A stretch of 64,000 nucleotides of DNA, taken from positions 3,794 through 67,793 of the forward strand of contig JBNRMN010000052.1 of the NCBI GenBank assembly GCA_050309605.1, in the 5' to 3' direction. A program made the position numbers and the translations under genes. This DNA comes from Anaerohalosphaeraceae bacterium (lineage in GTDB: Bacteria; Planctomycetota; Phycisphaerae; Sedimentisphaerales; Anaerohalosphaeraceae). Shown piece by piece: positions 38,698 to 48,493 of this stretch (its first letter is position 1; each line of letters opens with the position of its first letter). The notes beneath the pieces are model-generated. The model saw only the letters and a program-made list of their open reading frames with translations, was not told where the DNA came from and ran no database searches.

Positions 38698-39420
38698 ATG
38701 ATCAAGCAATTCATCCGCGAGCGTTATCTGGAAGCCCTTCTGACCGGTGATCGTCAAGCCTGCCGCAATATCATTGAAGAGGCCCTTCAGGGTGGAACAA
38801 TGGCGATTCAAATCTATATGGACATCATCTGGCCGATGATGGTCGAAATTGACGACTTATATCGTCAGGATCGCATTATGCCCGCTCAGGAGGCCCTGGC
38901 CTCACGGATCAACCGCAGCATCGTCAATCAGTTACAAAACAAGCTGCCCCGCCGCCCCGTTACCGACAGACGCATCGTCATTGTCACAGCCGAAAGCGAG
39001 CAAGCGGAACTGGGGGGACAAATGACCTGTGATCTGTTTGAAAGCGACGGCTGGCGATGCCGATTCCTCGGCGGCAAAGTCAACAACGAAGATATTCTGG
39101 AGTTTATTCACAGTTATGCACCCGATGTCCTGCTGTTGTACGGCTTTAACGGCAAGGACGCCCCGTCGGTACGCGAATTAATCGACCGCATTCGTCAAAT
39201 TAACGCCTGGCCGGACATGCGAATTATGCTCTCCGGCGGGGTCTTTAAGCGGGCCGAAGGGCTGTGGGAAGAAATCGGTGCCGATCTGTATGCCGAAACT
39301 GCCGCCGAGGCGGTCCACATCGCCTCGCTTCCGGCTGAAGACCTGCCCGCACCGGTACGCACCATCAAGCAGCGAGGACGCTGCCAATCGAACCCCGAAC
39401 CTGTCTCGGTCGCAAGCTGA
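38698..39420 (+). CDS. Stand-alone B12-binding-domain-like protein (helical cap plus Rossmann-like domain) with degenerate ligand motifs
   Basis: RIVIVTAESEQAELGGQMTCDLFESDGWRCRFLGG...IMLSGGV aligns to the DxHxxG...GG cobalamin-binding fold, but has Ala in place of His. The ATG at 38698 is preceded by GAGAGGAA. The track start at 38671 is a TTG. Confidence 0.6.
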   Translation: MIKQFIRERYLEALLTGDRQACRNIIEEALQGGTMAIQIYMDIIWPMMVEIDDLYRQDRIMPAQEALASRINRSIVNQLQNKLPRRPVTDRRIVIVTAESEQAELGGQMTCDLFESDGWRCRFLGGKVNNEDILEFIHSYAPDVLLLYGFNGKDAPSVRELIDRIRQINAWPDMRIMLSGGVFKRAEGLWEEIGADLYAETAAEAVHIASLPAEDLPAPVRTIKQRGRCQSNPEPVSVAS

Positions 39421-39524
39421 AAGAAAGCCAAACAATCAAACTGGATTCAGACGAGTGGACGGGCAACAAATCGCTCATTCTGGACTTTTCTTTGCTGAAA
39501 TAGAAAAAACTTTCTAAAAACCTG

Positions 39525-39553
39525 TTGCAAACCCACCCCTGAGTCGCTATAAG
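39525..39553 (+). promoter_or_regulatory. Sigma70-like promoter upstream of ptsN
   Basis: TTGCAA (39525-39530), a 17-nt spacer, then TATAAG (39548-39553), about 58 nt upstream of the ptsN ATG. Confidence 0.4.
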
Positions 39554-39610
39554 GATGTCTTTTATGTGTGTTCAGACGGTCAATTAAACTTTTTGAAATA
39601 AAATACGCTT

Positions 39611-40069
39611 ATGATTCTGACACAAATACTTCAGCCGTCCTGTATCAAGGCGCCCCTTGAGAGCAAAGAAAAGGATGCCGCCATTGAGGAACTCATCAAT
39701 GTGCTTTCGGATGCCGGCTTGCTGAGCGACCGTACCGAGGCCCTTGAGGCCGTGATGGCCCGCGAAATGACGCGCAGCACCGGTATCGGATCGGGCATCG
39801 CCATCCCCCACGGCAAATGTGCCGCCGCCAAAGAACTGGTCATGGCCATCGGCATCGCCGCAGACCCCATCGAATTCGACAGCATTGACAACAAGCCGGT
39901 CCAGATCATCGTGCTGCTCGTTTCGCCGCCCGATCAAACCGGTCCGCATATCCAGGCGCTGGCTCGCATCAGTCGGCTGCTGCTGGATGCCCAGTTCAAA
40001 GCACAGCTTGAAAAAGCATCCTCGCCGGAAGAAGTCTATTCACTGATCAGCACCAAAGAATCCCAATAA
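39611..40069 (+). CDS. ptsN: PTS EIIA-Ntr-type nitrogen regulatory protein
   Basis: The 152-aa EIIA(Fru/Ntr) fold has the phosphorylatable His in GIAIPHGK and the LLVSP region. Confidence 0.85.
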   Translation: MILTQILQPSCIKAPLESKEKDAAIEELINVLSDAGLLSDRTEALEAVMAREMTRSTGIGSGIAIPHGKCAAAKELVMAIGIAADPIEFDSIDNKPVQIIVLLVSPPDQTGPHIQALARISRLLLDAQFKAQLEKASSPEEVYSLISTKESQ

Positions 40070-40143
40070 AGCCGTCCTCTCCATCGGCCCAGGGCGCACC
40101 GCGTTAAAGACAAGACAAAATAACGAACTGGCTGCTTTGTAAA

Positions 40144-41568
40144 ATGCAATGCCTGTTGTTTCAAACCCAGACTCGGCTTACCGCGACAATTGTTGCAGCG
40201 GTGAGCTTTTTTTATTGTTCGCCGGCTCCGGCGCTGGTCGAATCGGTCGGGACGAACGGATCCAATGCGCGAATTGTTCAGCAGCAGGGCCTGACCGGCA
40301 AAGGCATCGGCATCGTCATGCTCTCATCGGGCAATGCACGCGCTTCACACGAGGCCTTTGTCGTGTCCGACACTCAGCGGGCGGTCATCAATTATGACTT
40401 TACCGGCAAGGGCGCCAAGGCGGCCTCACACGATACGCAAGTAGCCGGGATTATCGCGGCGCAGGGCGGCCAACAGTATCCGTCGTGTTTGGGCGTTGCT
40501 CCGGGGGCCTGTGTTCACAGCGCCCGTATTTCGGACGGCGGCCTGTCGCCATATGCCATCGATCGCGCTTTGAATGAACTGATCGTCAACAAAGGCTGCC
40601 GCATTGTCGTTACCGGTGTTCAGATACCCGCCAGTGCGGCCGCGCCGGACGGCGCATCGGTTTGGAGCAAGATATACGATTATTACGCCGAACATTACGA
40701 CGTGTTTTTTGCCAACGCCGCCGGCAACAGCGACTCAACTGTCACCATTTTCGGCGACAGCTATAACGGCGTCACCACCGGCGGGCTGGCACTGGATCCG
40801 GCCGGTCGTTACCGCATCGTCGGTTCGATTTCCAACCCCGGCCCGACGCTGGACGAGCGACGCAAACCCGAACTGACGGCCCCGGCCCAGCGGCAAATGA
40901 TTCCAAACGCCTCCGGTGATTCGTCGTGGTCATCGGCCGGCTCGGCGCGCGGCGAAACCAGCTTTTCCGCCCCGCATACCGCCGGCGCAGCCGCGCTGCT
41001 GATGGAACGAGCTGCCCAGACCGACACGCCGTATGACGACAAGAGCCTGACCATCAAAGCCGTCCTCGTCAACGCCGCCGACCCAAACGTCCTGGACAAA
41101 TCCGGAAAACCGACCGATCCCGATAAGACGCTGTGGCATCCGCAGCGCGGATACGGCCGTCTGGACGCCGGCCGGGCATTGAAACTGCTAAAGGCCGGAC
41201 GCGTGCAACCGGACCATCCCATTGAGAACACCGCCGGATGGGCGTATGAAACAATGGAGTTCTATGGCCGTCATCGTTATACCATCGATGCAAAAAAAAA
41301 TCAGCGGCTGAATCTGACCGTCACCTGGCATCGTAAACTGAGACGCTACTCGCCTGTGTCATACGTTGAAGAAGCCCCCCGCTTTAACCTGCAGCTGGAC
41401 ATCACGTCACCGAGCGGACAAATCCTGTTCTCCGAATACGATCCGCAAAACAATCTCCGCAAGGCCGGCCTTGTCCTGCCGGAAGACGGCCTTTATCACG
41501 TCGAAATACGTAACCGCGTCTATCAGCAAAAGCGGTCCTATGCGATGGCATTTGAGCTTACAGATTGA
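40144..41568 (+). CDS. S8 (subtilisin-like) peptidase family protein with a C-terminal beta-sandwich domain
   Basis: A signal peptide is present. The His region is SHDTQVAGIIAA, the oxyanion region is ANAAGNS, and the Ser region is GETSFSAPHTAGAAALL. The expected D(T/S)G position reads LSSG (see findings). Confidence 0.7.
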   Translation: MQCLLFQTQTRLTATIVAAVSFFYCSPAPALVESVGTNGSNARIVQQQGLTGKGIGIVMLSSGNARASHEAFVVSDTQRAVINYDFTGKGAKAASHDTQVAGIIAAQGGQQYPSCLGVAPGACVHSARISDGGLSPYAIDRALNELIVNKGCRIVVTGVQIPASAAAPDGASVWSKIYDYYAEHYDVFFANAAGNSDSTVTIFGDSYNGVTTGGLALDPAGRYRIVGSISNPGPTLDERRKPELTAPAQRQMIPNASGDSSWSSAGSARGETSFSAPHTAGAAALLMERAAQTDTPYDDKSLTIKAVLVNAADPNVLDKSGKPTDPDKTLWHPQRGYGRLDAGRALKLLKAGRVQPDHPIENTAGWAYETMEFYGRHRYTIDAKKNQRLNLTVTWHRKLRRYSPVSYVEEAPRFNLQLDITSPSGQILFSEYDPQNNLRKAGLVLPEDGLYHVEIRNRVYQQKRSYAMAFELTD

Positions 41569-41619
41569 GCAGACGCTCGCCCGTCAGTTCTCTGCATAAT
41601 TGACCTCAGAATATCTCGA

Positions 41620-42195
41620 TTATTGCGTTAAATCGGAATCTCCGGAACGTTCTGCAGACAAGCCGCTGTTCTTTTTGAATCGCGGGGGAACTTTGGCTGC
41701 CTTTTCCGCCCAGTGGGTTGACAGGTCCTCTGTTTCTCGTTCCACCGCGGAGCATTCCGGAATGTGATCCGATCCCTGAGTAACTCGATTTTTTAGATAA
41801 GTCAAATGCTCCCGCTGGACTCTCAGCATCATCTGCAATCGTAAAAGCAACCCCGCGTCATTAAACTGTCTGGCCTGCTCAATCCGAATCTGGTTACGAC
41901 GAATGGCATCTTCTTCGTCTTCAATGTCATACCAAACCATCGCTTCACCGTCTCCGGAGGTATGCACTCGACTGATATTGACACTTGGACAACCACCAAA
42001 TAAAGAGATTCCTTCGGCCAGCATCATCGCATGCTCAACCTTCTGATAAGCATAGACCTTGAAAATGGCAGATAAATTCTCGACGCCCAATCGCCGCATC
42101 AGCGCGGCATGATTGATATATTGAATCGCACTGGTTGTTTCAAGCTCCAGATCCATATTGAGCAGCGCCAAAAAATTAATGGGTGTAATAATCAT
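41620..42195 (-). CDS. Ferritin-like / bacterioferritin-like four-helix-bundle protein with a C-terminal extension
   Basis: It has Rubrerythrin/Bfr-like helices (LNMDLELETTSAIQYINHA, YQKVEHAMMLAE, EDEEDAIRRNQ). The start was chosen at the internal M12. This is a family-level call only. Confidence 0.55.
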   Translation of the reverse strand: MIITPINFLALLNMDLELETTSAIQYINHAALMRRLGVENLSAIFKVYAYQKVEHAMMLAEGISLFGGCPSVNISRVHTSGDGEAMVWYDIEDEEDAIRRNQIRIEQARQFNDAGLLLRLQMMLRVQREHLTYLKNRVTQGSDHIPECSAVERETEDLSTHWAEKAAKVPPRFKKNSGLSAERSGDSDLTQ

Positions 42196-42764
42196 AATTT
42201 GCCTCCGGATACAAGTTGTAATATCCATGGCAAGGACAATAGGACCCGTCAGAGCTTAACTGGAGAGGTACACTCGTACTCTGGTGATTCAACTGCGCCG
42301 GTTGCGTTGAGAATGAACAATCACAATCGGAAGCTCTGAGATATCTTCTCGCCAACATCCATGTTTTGACGACACCAAACATCTCAATTCCCCACTGACT
42401 TTTCAGGAAAACACACGCCGCTCTTTCACATCGACATGTCGAGGCAAATTACTTAAATGAAGAAAGATGCACCTTTGAAGATTATCATTGGGTCCTTTAA
42501 TATCATATATATTGACAGAATTAGGCCCAAATGAGGTATCCTCTTTCGTTGGTTTTTTTTGACCGAGGCTATTGATCTGCCTTTGTATAACTGGTATTTT
42601 GCAAGGCCAACTATCAGCAAAACTAAAACTTGGATTATGTCTTCTAATGATTTTGTGATTGGATTTTCCTGTTTTTTCTTTACATCGCTGTTCATTATGT
42701 CGATAATAGTCTTGCGGGAAACCCGTTTTTTTGTTCTTAACTCTTTATAAATTAAGGATTTAAT

Positions 42765-44633
42765 ATGTGCGGCATTGTGGCGTATTTCGGACGGAAATCG
42801 GCTCAGCCGATACTCATTGAAGGCCTTAAGCGTCTTGAATATCGCGGCTACGATTCGGCCGGGCTGGCGCTGCTTGAACAGCCAGACTTTTCGATCTACA
42901 AAACAGCCGGACGTATTGCCAATCTGGAAGAGATTCTTCCCGTCCCGCCGCGGAAAGCGGTCCTGGGCATCGGTCATACCCGCTGGGCCACACACGGCCA
43001 GCCGAGCACCGCCAACGCCCATCCGCATGTGGATTATACCGGCAAAATCGCCCTGGTGCATAACGGCATCATTGAAAACTACGCCACGCTGAAAAAATGG
43101 CTCATCAAGGAAGGCTGCACCTTCAAGAGCGAAACCGACACGGAGGTGGCCGCAAATCTGATTGGTTATTTTTACAGCAAAAATCAAACCCGCGACGGCC
43201 GAGACTGCCCTTCAGAATGCGACCGCTTCGAATGGGCTGTCCAGCAGGCCATCAATGAAATCGTCGGCACGTTCGGCCTGGCAATTTTGTGTCGGGACTG
43301 CCCCGAAACACTCATCGGCGTCAAAAAAGGAAGCCCTCTGATTTTGGGCGTCGGCAAAAACGAATTTATCATCGCCTCGGACGCCTCGGCGATTATCGAG
43401 CACACCAGCCAGGCGGTCTATTTGTCCGACGGCGAGATGGTGACCATTTGCGGCGACGGCTTTTCGACCAAGACGCTTAGCAACGAAACGGTGGATGCCG
43501 AGCTGAAGGAGATTGAAATCTCGCTGGATCAGATTGAGCTGGAAGGCTTTTCGCACTATATGCAAAAGGAAATCGCCGAACAGCCGGCCTCTCTGGAAAC
43601 CTGTCTGAACGGACGCATCGATCTGAAGAACGGCCGGGTCGTACTGGGCGGCATTCAATCGCGTCTGCGCGAACTGACACGCACCAAGCGAATCATCCTG
43701 ACCGCCTGCGGCACGGCCTGGCACGCCGGGCTGGTCGGCGAATTCCTGTTCGAGCAGCTTGCCCGCATCCCGGCCGAGGTTGAATACGCCAGCGAGTTTC
43801 GCTATCGCAACCCGATTCTTGAAGAAGGGACGGTCGTCATCGCCATCAGTCAGTCCGGCGAGACCGCCGATACGCTGGCCGCCTTTGAACAGGCCAAAGA
43901 ACGCGGCGCCACTGTGCTGGGCGTGGTCAACGTCGTCGGTTCGACCATCGCCCGACTGACCGACGCCGGCGTGTATCTGCGCGTCGGGCCGGAAATCGGC
44001 GTCGCCAGCACCAAGGCCTTTACCGCTCAAGTGGCGGTGCTGTCGATGCTGGCCATCGAGCTGGGCCGACGGCGGCACCTGAGCAACGACGTGGCCGAGG
44101 GACTGCTCAAAGAACTGGTCGCCATCCCGAACAAAATCAAAAGCATCCTGACACAATCCGAGATCATCCGCGACATCGCCGCGGCCAATGTGGACAGGGA
44201 AAACTGGCTTTTCCTCGGACGCGGCTTTAATTATCCGGTCGCGCTGGAAGGCGCGCTGAAACTCAAGGAAATCAGCTACATTCACGCCGAGGGACTGCCC
44301 GCAGCGGAAATGAAACACGGCCCGATCGCCCTGATTACCGACGGGATGCCGGCGGTCTTTATCGCCACACGCTGCGCTCAATACGACAAAATCATCGGCA
44401 ATATCGAAGAAGTTCGCGCCCGCGGCGGGCGGACCATTGTCGTGGCGACCGAAGGCGACGAGCAGATTCGCCCTTACGCCGATCATGTCATTTACATCCC
44501 CGACACCTGCGATTACTTCCAGCCGCTGCTGACGGTCGTTCCGCTGCAAATTCTGGCCTATCACGCCGCGGTACTGCGCGGCCACGATGTCGATAAGCCC
44601 CGCAATCTGGCCAAAAGTGTCACCGTCGAATAA
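42765..44633 (+). CDS. glmS: Glutamine--fructose-6-phosphate aminotransferase
   Basis: The MCGIVAY N-terminal nucleophile, the tandem SIS domains and the C-terminal KSVTVE are all present. It is full length at 622 aa. Confidence 0.97.
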   Translation: MCGIVAYFGRKSAQPILIEGLKRLEYRGYDSAGLALLEQPDFSIYKTAGRIANLEEILPVPPRKAVLGIGHTRWATHGQPSTANAHPHVDYTGKIALVHNGIIENYATLKKWLIKEGCTFKSETDTEVAANLIGYFYSKNQTRDGRDCPSECDRFEWAVQQAINEIVGTFGLAILCRDCPETLIGVKKGSPLILGVGKNEFIIASDASAIIEHTSQAVYLSDGEMVTICGDGFSTKTLSNETVDAELKEIEISLDQIELEGFSHYMQKEIAEQPASLETCLNGRIDLKNGRVVLGGIQSRLRELTRTKRIILTACGTAWHAGLVGEFLFEQLARIPAEVEYASEFRYRNPILEEGTVVIAISQSGETADTLAAFEQAKERGATVLGVVNVVGSTIARLTDAGVYLRVGPEIGVASTKAFTAQVAVLSMLAIELGRRRHLSNDVAEGLLKELVAIPNKIKSILTQSEIIRDIAAANVDRENWLFLGRGFNYPVALEGALKLKEISYIHAEGLPAAEMKHGPIALITDGMPAVFIATRCAQYDKIIGNIEEVRARGGRTIVVATEGDEQIRPYADHVIYIPDTCDYFQPLLTVVPLQILAYHAAVLRGHDVDKPRNLAKSVTVE

Positions 44634-44649
44634 CACGCCGTCGCCCGAT

Positions 44650-44855
44650 ACGGGATACGGATAGATGGGACGTTTTCCAAGGCGTGGCATTATCCGGCTC
44701 ACTCGCGCGGCTCGGCTATTGTACGATGACGCAACGCAACATCGCGCGCAATAGCGCGGCCGCGCAAGCGGCCCGATACAGGGATGCGGATATACCGGGG
44801 CATTTTCCAAGACGCCACATTATCCGGCTCACTCGCGCGGCTCGGCTGTTGCGCA
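44650..44855. repeat. REP/BIME-like element cluster (A-B-A arms), same family as 6040-6560
   Basis: A arms lie at 44692-44722 and 44822-44851, and a B arm at 44750-44778. The flanking GGATACGGATAGATGGGACGTTTTCCAA almost repeats 6217-6244. Confidence 0.9.
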
Positions 44856-44879
44856 GGATGGGTTTTGCCCGTCGCGGGG

Positions 44880-45341
44880 CTATTTTCGTCCTGCCGGCGA
44901 ACGCCGCACGTTGTTGTCCGTTCTGCTTTTGGGAATATCCACATGTCCCTGAAGGACCTTCATGGCTTTTTTGACATCGGCGACCTTCAGCACGCCGGTG
45001 GTCCGTCCGCCCCGCGCGCCGGCGGTGCAGTAGGCATAGGCGATATTGATATGCGACTTGGCGAGTTTCTCGGTCACGTCGGCAAACGCCCCGGCCTTGT
45101 TGGGCAGATTCACACACAGCACTTCCGTCTCGCTGAATTGCAGATTCAGCTTGTTCAACACCTCTCGTATGCGCGATGTGGCGCTGCCGACCAATCGCAT
45201 CACCCCGTGCTCCATCGAGTCCATCATGGTCATCGCCACAATATTGATCTTCGCATCGGCCAGCTCTTTGAGTATCCGGGCCAGCACGCCGGGTTTGTTG
45301 ACCATAAAAATTGAGAACTGTGTATCCAAATGCATCGCCAA
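44880..45341 (-). CDS. ACT-domain (tandem) small-molecule-binding protein
   Basis: There are two ACT-like beta-alpha-beta-beta-alpha-beta units: FSIFMVNKPGVLARILKELADAKINIVAM and LCVNLPNKAGAFADVTEKLAKSHINIAYAY. Confidence 0.7.
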   Translation of the reverse strand: MAMHLDTQFSIFMVNKPGVLARILKELADAKINIVAMTMMDSMEHGVMRLVGSATSRIREVLNKLNLQFSETEVLCVNLPNKAGAFADVTEKLAKSHINIAYAYCTAGARGGRTTGVLKVADVKKAMKVLQGHVDIPKSRTDNNVRRSPAGRK

Positions 45342-45404
45342 CCCCTTTCCAATAGGTTAAGACAAATGATCACGTCCATACGATTATTTTCGACGGTCGC
45401 CTTG

Positions 45405-46394
45405 TTATCCTGTTTTCGCCTTCCAGCACGCCGCCAGATGGGTTCCGCTCGGATCCTTGGGATCAAGCGATTGAACCTCCTCACGGCAGCGGGCCTCGGC
45501 CAATGGGCAGCGCGGATGAAACGGACAACCCGACGGCGGATTGGACGGACTGGGCACCTCGCCGCCCAGCACGATACGCTGTTTGGTGTCCACCGGCATC
45601 GGCTCCGGAATCGCGCTGAGCAGCGCCTGCGTATAGGGATGCCGCGGATCGGCATACAGCGCATCACGTTGGGCAAACTCCACGATACGTCCCAAATACA
45701 TCACCGCCACGTCCTCGCTGATATGCTCAACCACCGCCAGATCGTGAGCAATAAAAATGTACGTCAGCCCCATCTGTTCCTGCAAGTCCTGGAGCAGATT
45801 GATGATCTGCGACTGAATGGACACATCCAGCGCACTGACCGGCTCATCGCAAATCAGCAGCTTCGGCTCCAGCGCCAGTGCACGGGCAATACCGATGCGC
45901 TGCCGCTGCCCGCCGGAAAACTCATGCGGATAGCGACCCAGATGTTCACCCGACAGCCCGACCCGATCAAGCAGTTCGGCCGCCTTGTCCCGTCGCTCAG
46001 AGCGTCCGGCCAAGCGGTGTATCAGCAGCGGCTCGCTGACGATCTGTTCCACATTCATGCGCGGGTTCAGCGAGCCATACGGATCCTGAAAGATCATCTG
46101 CATATCCCGAAGCAGATGCTTCATCCGTTTGGCATCGGCGGCAAACACATCCTCGCCGTCAAACACAAATCGTCCCTCCGCCGGCTCTGACAGTCGCAGC
46201 AGCGTCCGTCCGACCGTTGTTTTGCCGCAGCCGCTTTCGCCGACCAGCCCCAGTGTCCTGCCGCGACGAACGCTAAAACTGACCCCGTCAACCGCCTTGA
46301 CATAACCGACCGTCTTACGCAGAACACCCGCCCGAATGGGAAACCAGGTCTTCAGATTGCTGACTTCAACAAGATTGTCGTTCGTTTGACTCAT
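45405..46394 (-). CDS. Oligopeptide/dipeptide ABC transporter ATP-binding protein (OppF/DppF-like)
   Basis: Seen: Walker [10 protein letters not shown], the signature [15 protein letters not shown], Walker B LLICDEP, and the C-terminal oligopeptide-type Cys/His motif. I placed the start at MSQTNDN (46394). The longer track ORF overlaps the upstream gene. Confidence 0.9.
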   Translation of the reverse strand: MSQTNDNLVEVSNLKTWFPIRAGVLRKTVGYVKAVDGVSFSVRRGRTLGLVGESGCGKTTVGRTLLRLSEPAEGRFVFDGEDVFAADAKRMKHLLRDMQMIFQDPYGSLNPRMNVEQIVSEPLLIHRLAGRSERRDKAAELLDRVGLSGEHLGRYPHEFSGGQRQRIGIARALALEPKLLICDEPVSALDVSIQSQIINLLQDLQEQMGLTYIFIAHDLAVVEHISEDVAVMYLGRIVEFAQRDALYADPRHPYTQALLSAIPEPMPVDTKQRIVLGGEVPSPSNPPSGCPFHPRCPLAEARCREEVQSLDPKDPSGTHLAACWKAKTG

Positions 46395-46410
46395 TATTTC
46401 TGTCTTCTGA

Positions 46411-47430
46411 CTACTGACCTCTGACCTCTGATATTTGCGCCTCATACCCCTCGGCATACCAGCAGGCGACGCATCGACCGACAGCAACCTCTTTGAGCGG
46501 CGGTTCTTCGGTTTGGCATCGCCGATCGTCTTTGCCCACCGGACAGCGCGGATGAAACTTGCAGCCGCTCGGAAAATCCAGCGGGTTGGGTACGGCCCCG
46601 CCGATGACATCCAGCCGATGTTTGCGTTCGCCCAGCCGCGGAAGCGACCGCAGCAATCCCTGCGTATAAGGATGCAGCGGCTTTTCAAACAACGGCCTGA
46701 CCGTCGCCGACTCGACCACACGCGAGGCGTACATCACCACCACATCGTCGGCGTTCTCGGCCACCACGCCCAGATCATGGGTAATCAGCATAATGCTCAT
46801 CCGATGTTCGCGCTGCAACTGCCGCAGCAGGTCGAGAATTTGGGCCTGAATCGTCACATCCAGCGCCGTGGTCGGCTCATCGGCAATCAGCAGTTTGGGC
46901 GAACAGCTCAGCGCCATCGCAATCATCACACGCTGCCGCATCCCCCCGCTCATCTGATGCGGATATTCATCAATCCGACGCTGCGGATCGGCAATCCCGA
47001 CGCGCCGCATCATCTCAATCGCCTGTGCTCGGCTCTGACGGAGATTCAGCCCGCGGTGCAGCCGAATCGCCTCGACAATCTGATTGCCGACCGTAAAGAC
47101 CGGATTCAGACTGGTCATCGGCTCCTGAAAAATCATCGCGATCTCATTGCCGCGAATCTGCCGCATTCGGCTTTCAGGCAGATGCAGCAGCGAACGCCCG
47201 CTGAAGTGAATATCGCCCGCCACAATTCGACCGGGCGGATACGGAATCAGACGCATCACCGACAGCGCCGTCACGCTCTTGCCGCAGCCGCTTTCGCCGA
47301 CCACCGCCAGCGTCTTGCCCGCGTGCAGGTCAAAACTAACCTCCTGCACCGCCCGCACCAGCCCCAGCTCGGTATAAAAATGCGTCGAAAGATTTCGGAT
47401 CGACAATAAATTGGAGTTAGTCTGCGTCAT
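46411..47430 (-). CDS. Oligopeptide/dipeptide ABC transporter ATP-binding protein (OppD/DppD-like)
   Basis: Seen: Walker [10 protein letters not shown], the signature [15 protein letters not shown], and Walker [13 protein letters not shown]. Confidence 0.9.
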   Translation of the reverse strand: MTQTNSNLLSIRNLSTHFYTELGLVRAVQEVSFDLHAGKTLAVVGESGCGKSVTALSVMRLIPYPPGRIVAGDIHFSGRSLLHLPESRMRQIRGNEIAMIFQEPMTSLNPVFTVGNQIVEAIRLHRGLNLRQSRAQAIEMMRRVGIADPQRRIDEYPHQMSGGMRQRVMIAMALSCSPKLLIADEPTTALDVTIQAQILDLLRQLQREHRMSIMLITHDLGVVAENADDVVVMYASRVVESATVRPLFEKPLHPYTQGLLRSLPRLGERKHRLDVIGGAVPNPLDFPSGCKFHPRCPVGKDDRRCQTEEPPLKEVAVGRCVACWYAEGYEAQISEVRGQ

Positions 47431-47474
47431 ACCGGTTTTCTGTCATCCTGTTTGCGGTTCATTCCGATAGCTCA

Positions 47475-48488
47475 TCAATCCGTCCTCAGTTTCGGATCCA
47501 GACAATCCCGCAGCGCATCGCCGAACAAATTCAGAGCCAGTGACAACACAAAAATCGCCGCGGTCGCCGCCACCATTTCCCACCAGACATTGCGGGCCAG
47601 TTCCGCCCGAGCGGCATCAATCATCGCGCCCCAACTGGGTTTGTCGGTCTCGCCCAGCCCCAAAAAGCTCAAAATGACCTCGGCGTGAATAAATGTCACA
47701 AAGCGCAGCGAAAAATTGATGATGATGATATGAAACACATTCGGCAGCAAATGCTGAAAGATAATCCGACCCGACGAACAGCCCATCGCCCGCGCCGCCA
47801 GGACGTATTCACTTTCTTTGCGCTTCATAATCTCGCCGCGAATCAGCCGGGCAATGCCGACCCAACTGGTCAGCCCCATTGCCAGATACACCCCCGTTAC
47901 GCCCCGCAGCGGCACCCCGAACAGCGATTTATCCCGCAGCACCACCGCAAAAGCCATCACCAGCAGAATATAGGGAATCGTATTGAGCGTGGTCAGCAGC
48001 CAGACCACCAGATCATCAATCCAGCCGCGAAAATACCCGGCTATCGCCCCCAACGGCACGCCGATCAGCAAACTGATGACCGACGCGCAAAGCGCCACGG
48101 TGATCGATGTTTTGGCCCCGTACAGCGTTTTTCGCAAGGTGGAACGCCCCAGAAAATCCGTTCCCAGCAGCGACCAGCCCGACCGGGTATCCCCGTCCAG
48201 CGTCTGCCATTCATACGACGCCAGCGGCGCCTGATACGACGGACCGACGTCCTCATTCCATCGCATCAGCACATTATCCACACCGGCGATCTCACAGACA
48301 AACACAAATCCGGCCAATACAAAATAGGCCATCGACACCCAAAAACACACCATCGCCAGCCGCCGTTTGCGCAATCGGCGCAATCCGTCCGCCCACAAGC
48401 TGCGCCCCTTTGAAGGGGTTCGAAGGTTCAGGTCTTTGTCTTTAATCGGTGTTTCAGTTTTCGCCATTCGATTTCCGACTCTTATCAA
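47475..48488 (-). CDS. ABC transporter permease (OppC/DppC-like)
   Basis: The BPD_transp_1 EAA-like loop YVLAARAMGCSSGRIIFQHLLPN is present, with 6 TM helices. Confidence 0.85.
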   Translation of the reverse strand: MIRVGNRMAKTETPIKDKDLNLRTPSKGRSLWADGLRRLRKRRLAMVCFWVSMAYFVLAGFVFVCEIAGVDNVLMRWNEDVGPSYQAPLASYEWQTLDGDTRSGWSLLGTDFLGRSTLRKTLYGAKTSITVALCASVISLLIGVPLGAIAGYFRGWIDDLVVWLLTTLNTIPYILLVMAFAVVLRDKSLFGVPLRGVTGVYLAMGLTSWVGIARLIRGEIMKRKESEYVLAARAMGCSSGRIIFQHLLPNVFHIIIINFSLRFVTFIHAEVILSFLGLGETDKPSWGAMIDAARAELARNVWWEMVAATAAIFVLSLALNLFGDALRDCLDPKLRTD

Positions 48489-48493
48489 AACGG

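Noticed and set aside
42229-42764. glmS ribozyme upstream of glmS
   Set aside because: I found none of the conserved ribozyme core segments. The region is AT-rich rather than structured and GC-balanced. The ribozyme is chiefly a Firmicutes feature.
42453-43187. 244-aa minus-strand ORF spanning the glmS start
   Set aside because: Its N-terminal 140 aa are antisense to the conserved glmS glutaminase domain. Only the 3' ~80 codons lie in intergenic DNA, and these are discussed as a low-confidence small ORF in the findings.
43212-44810. 532-aa ORF antisense to glmS
   Set aside because: It lies entirely opposite the unambiguous glmS CDS and runs into the REP cluster. Its composition is Arg/Gly/Ala/Asp-rich, as expected from the antisense frame of a GC-rich gene, and it has no recognisable domain.
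45405-46721. 438-aa version of the OppF-like gene
   Set aside because: The first ~109 residues overlap the 3' end of the upstream ATPase gene in another frame and are Arg-rich nonsense. The conserved ABC protein begins at MSQTNDN (46394).
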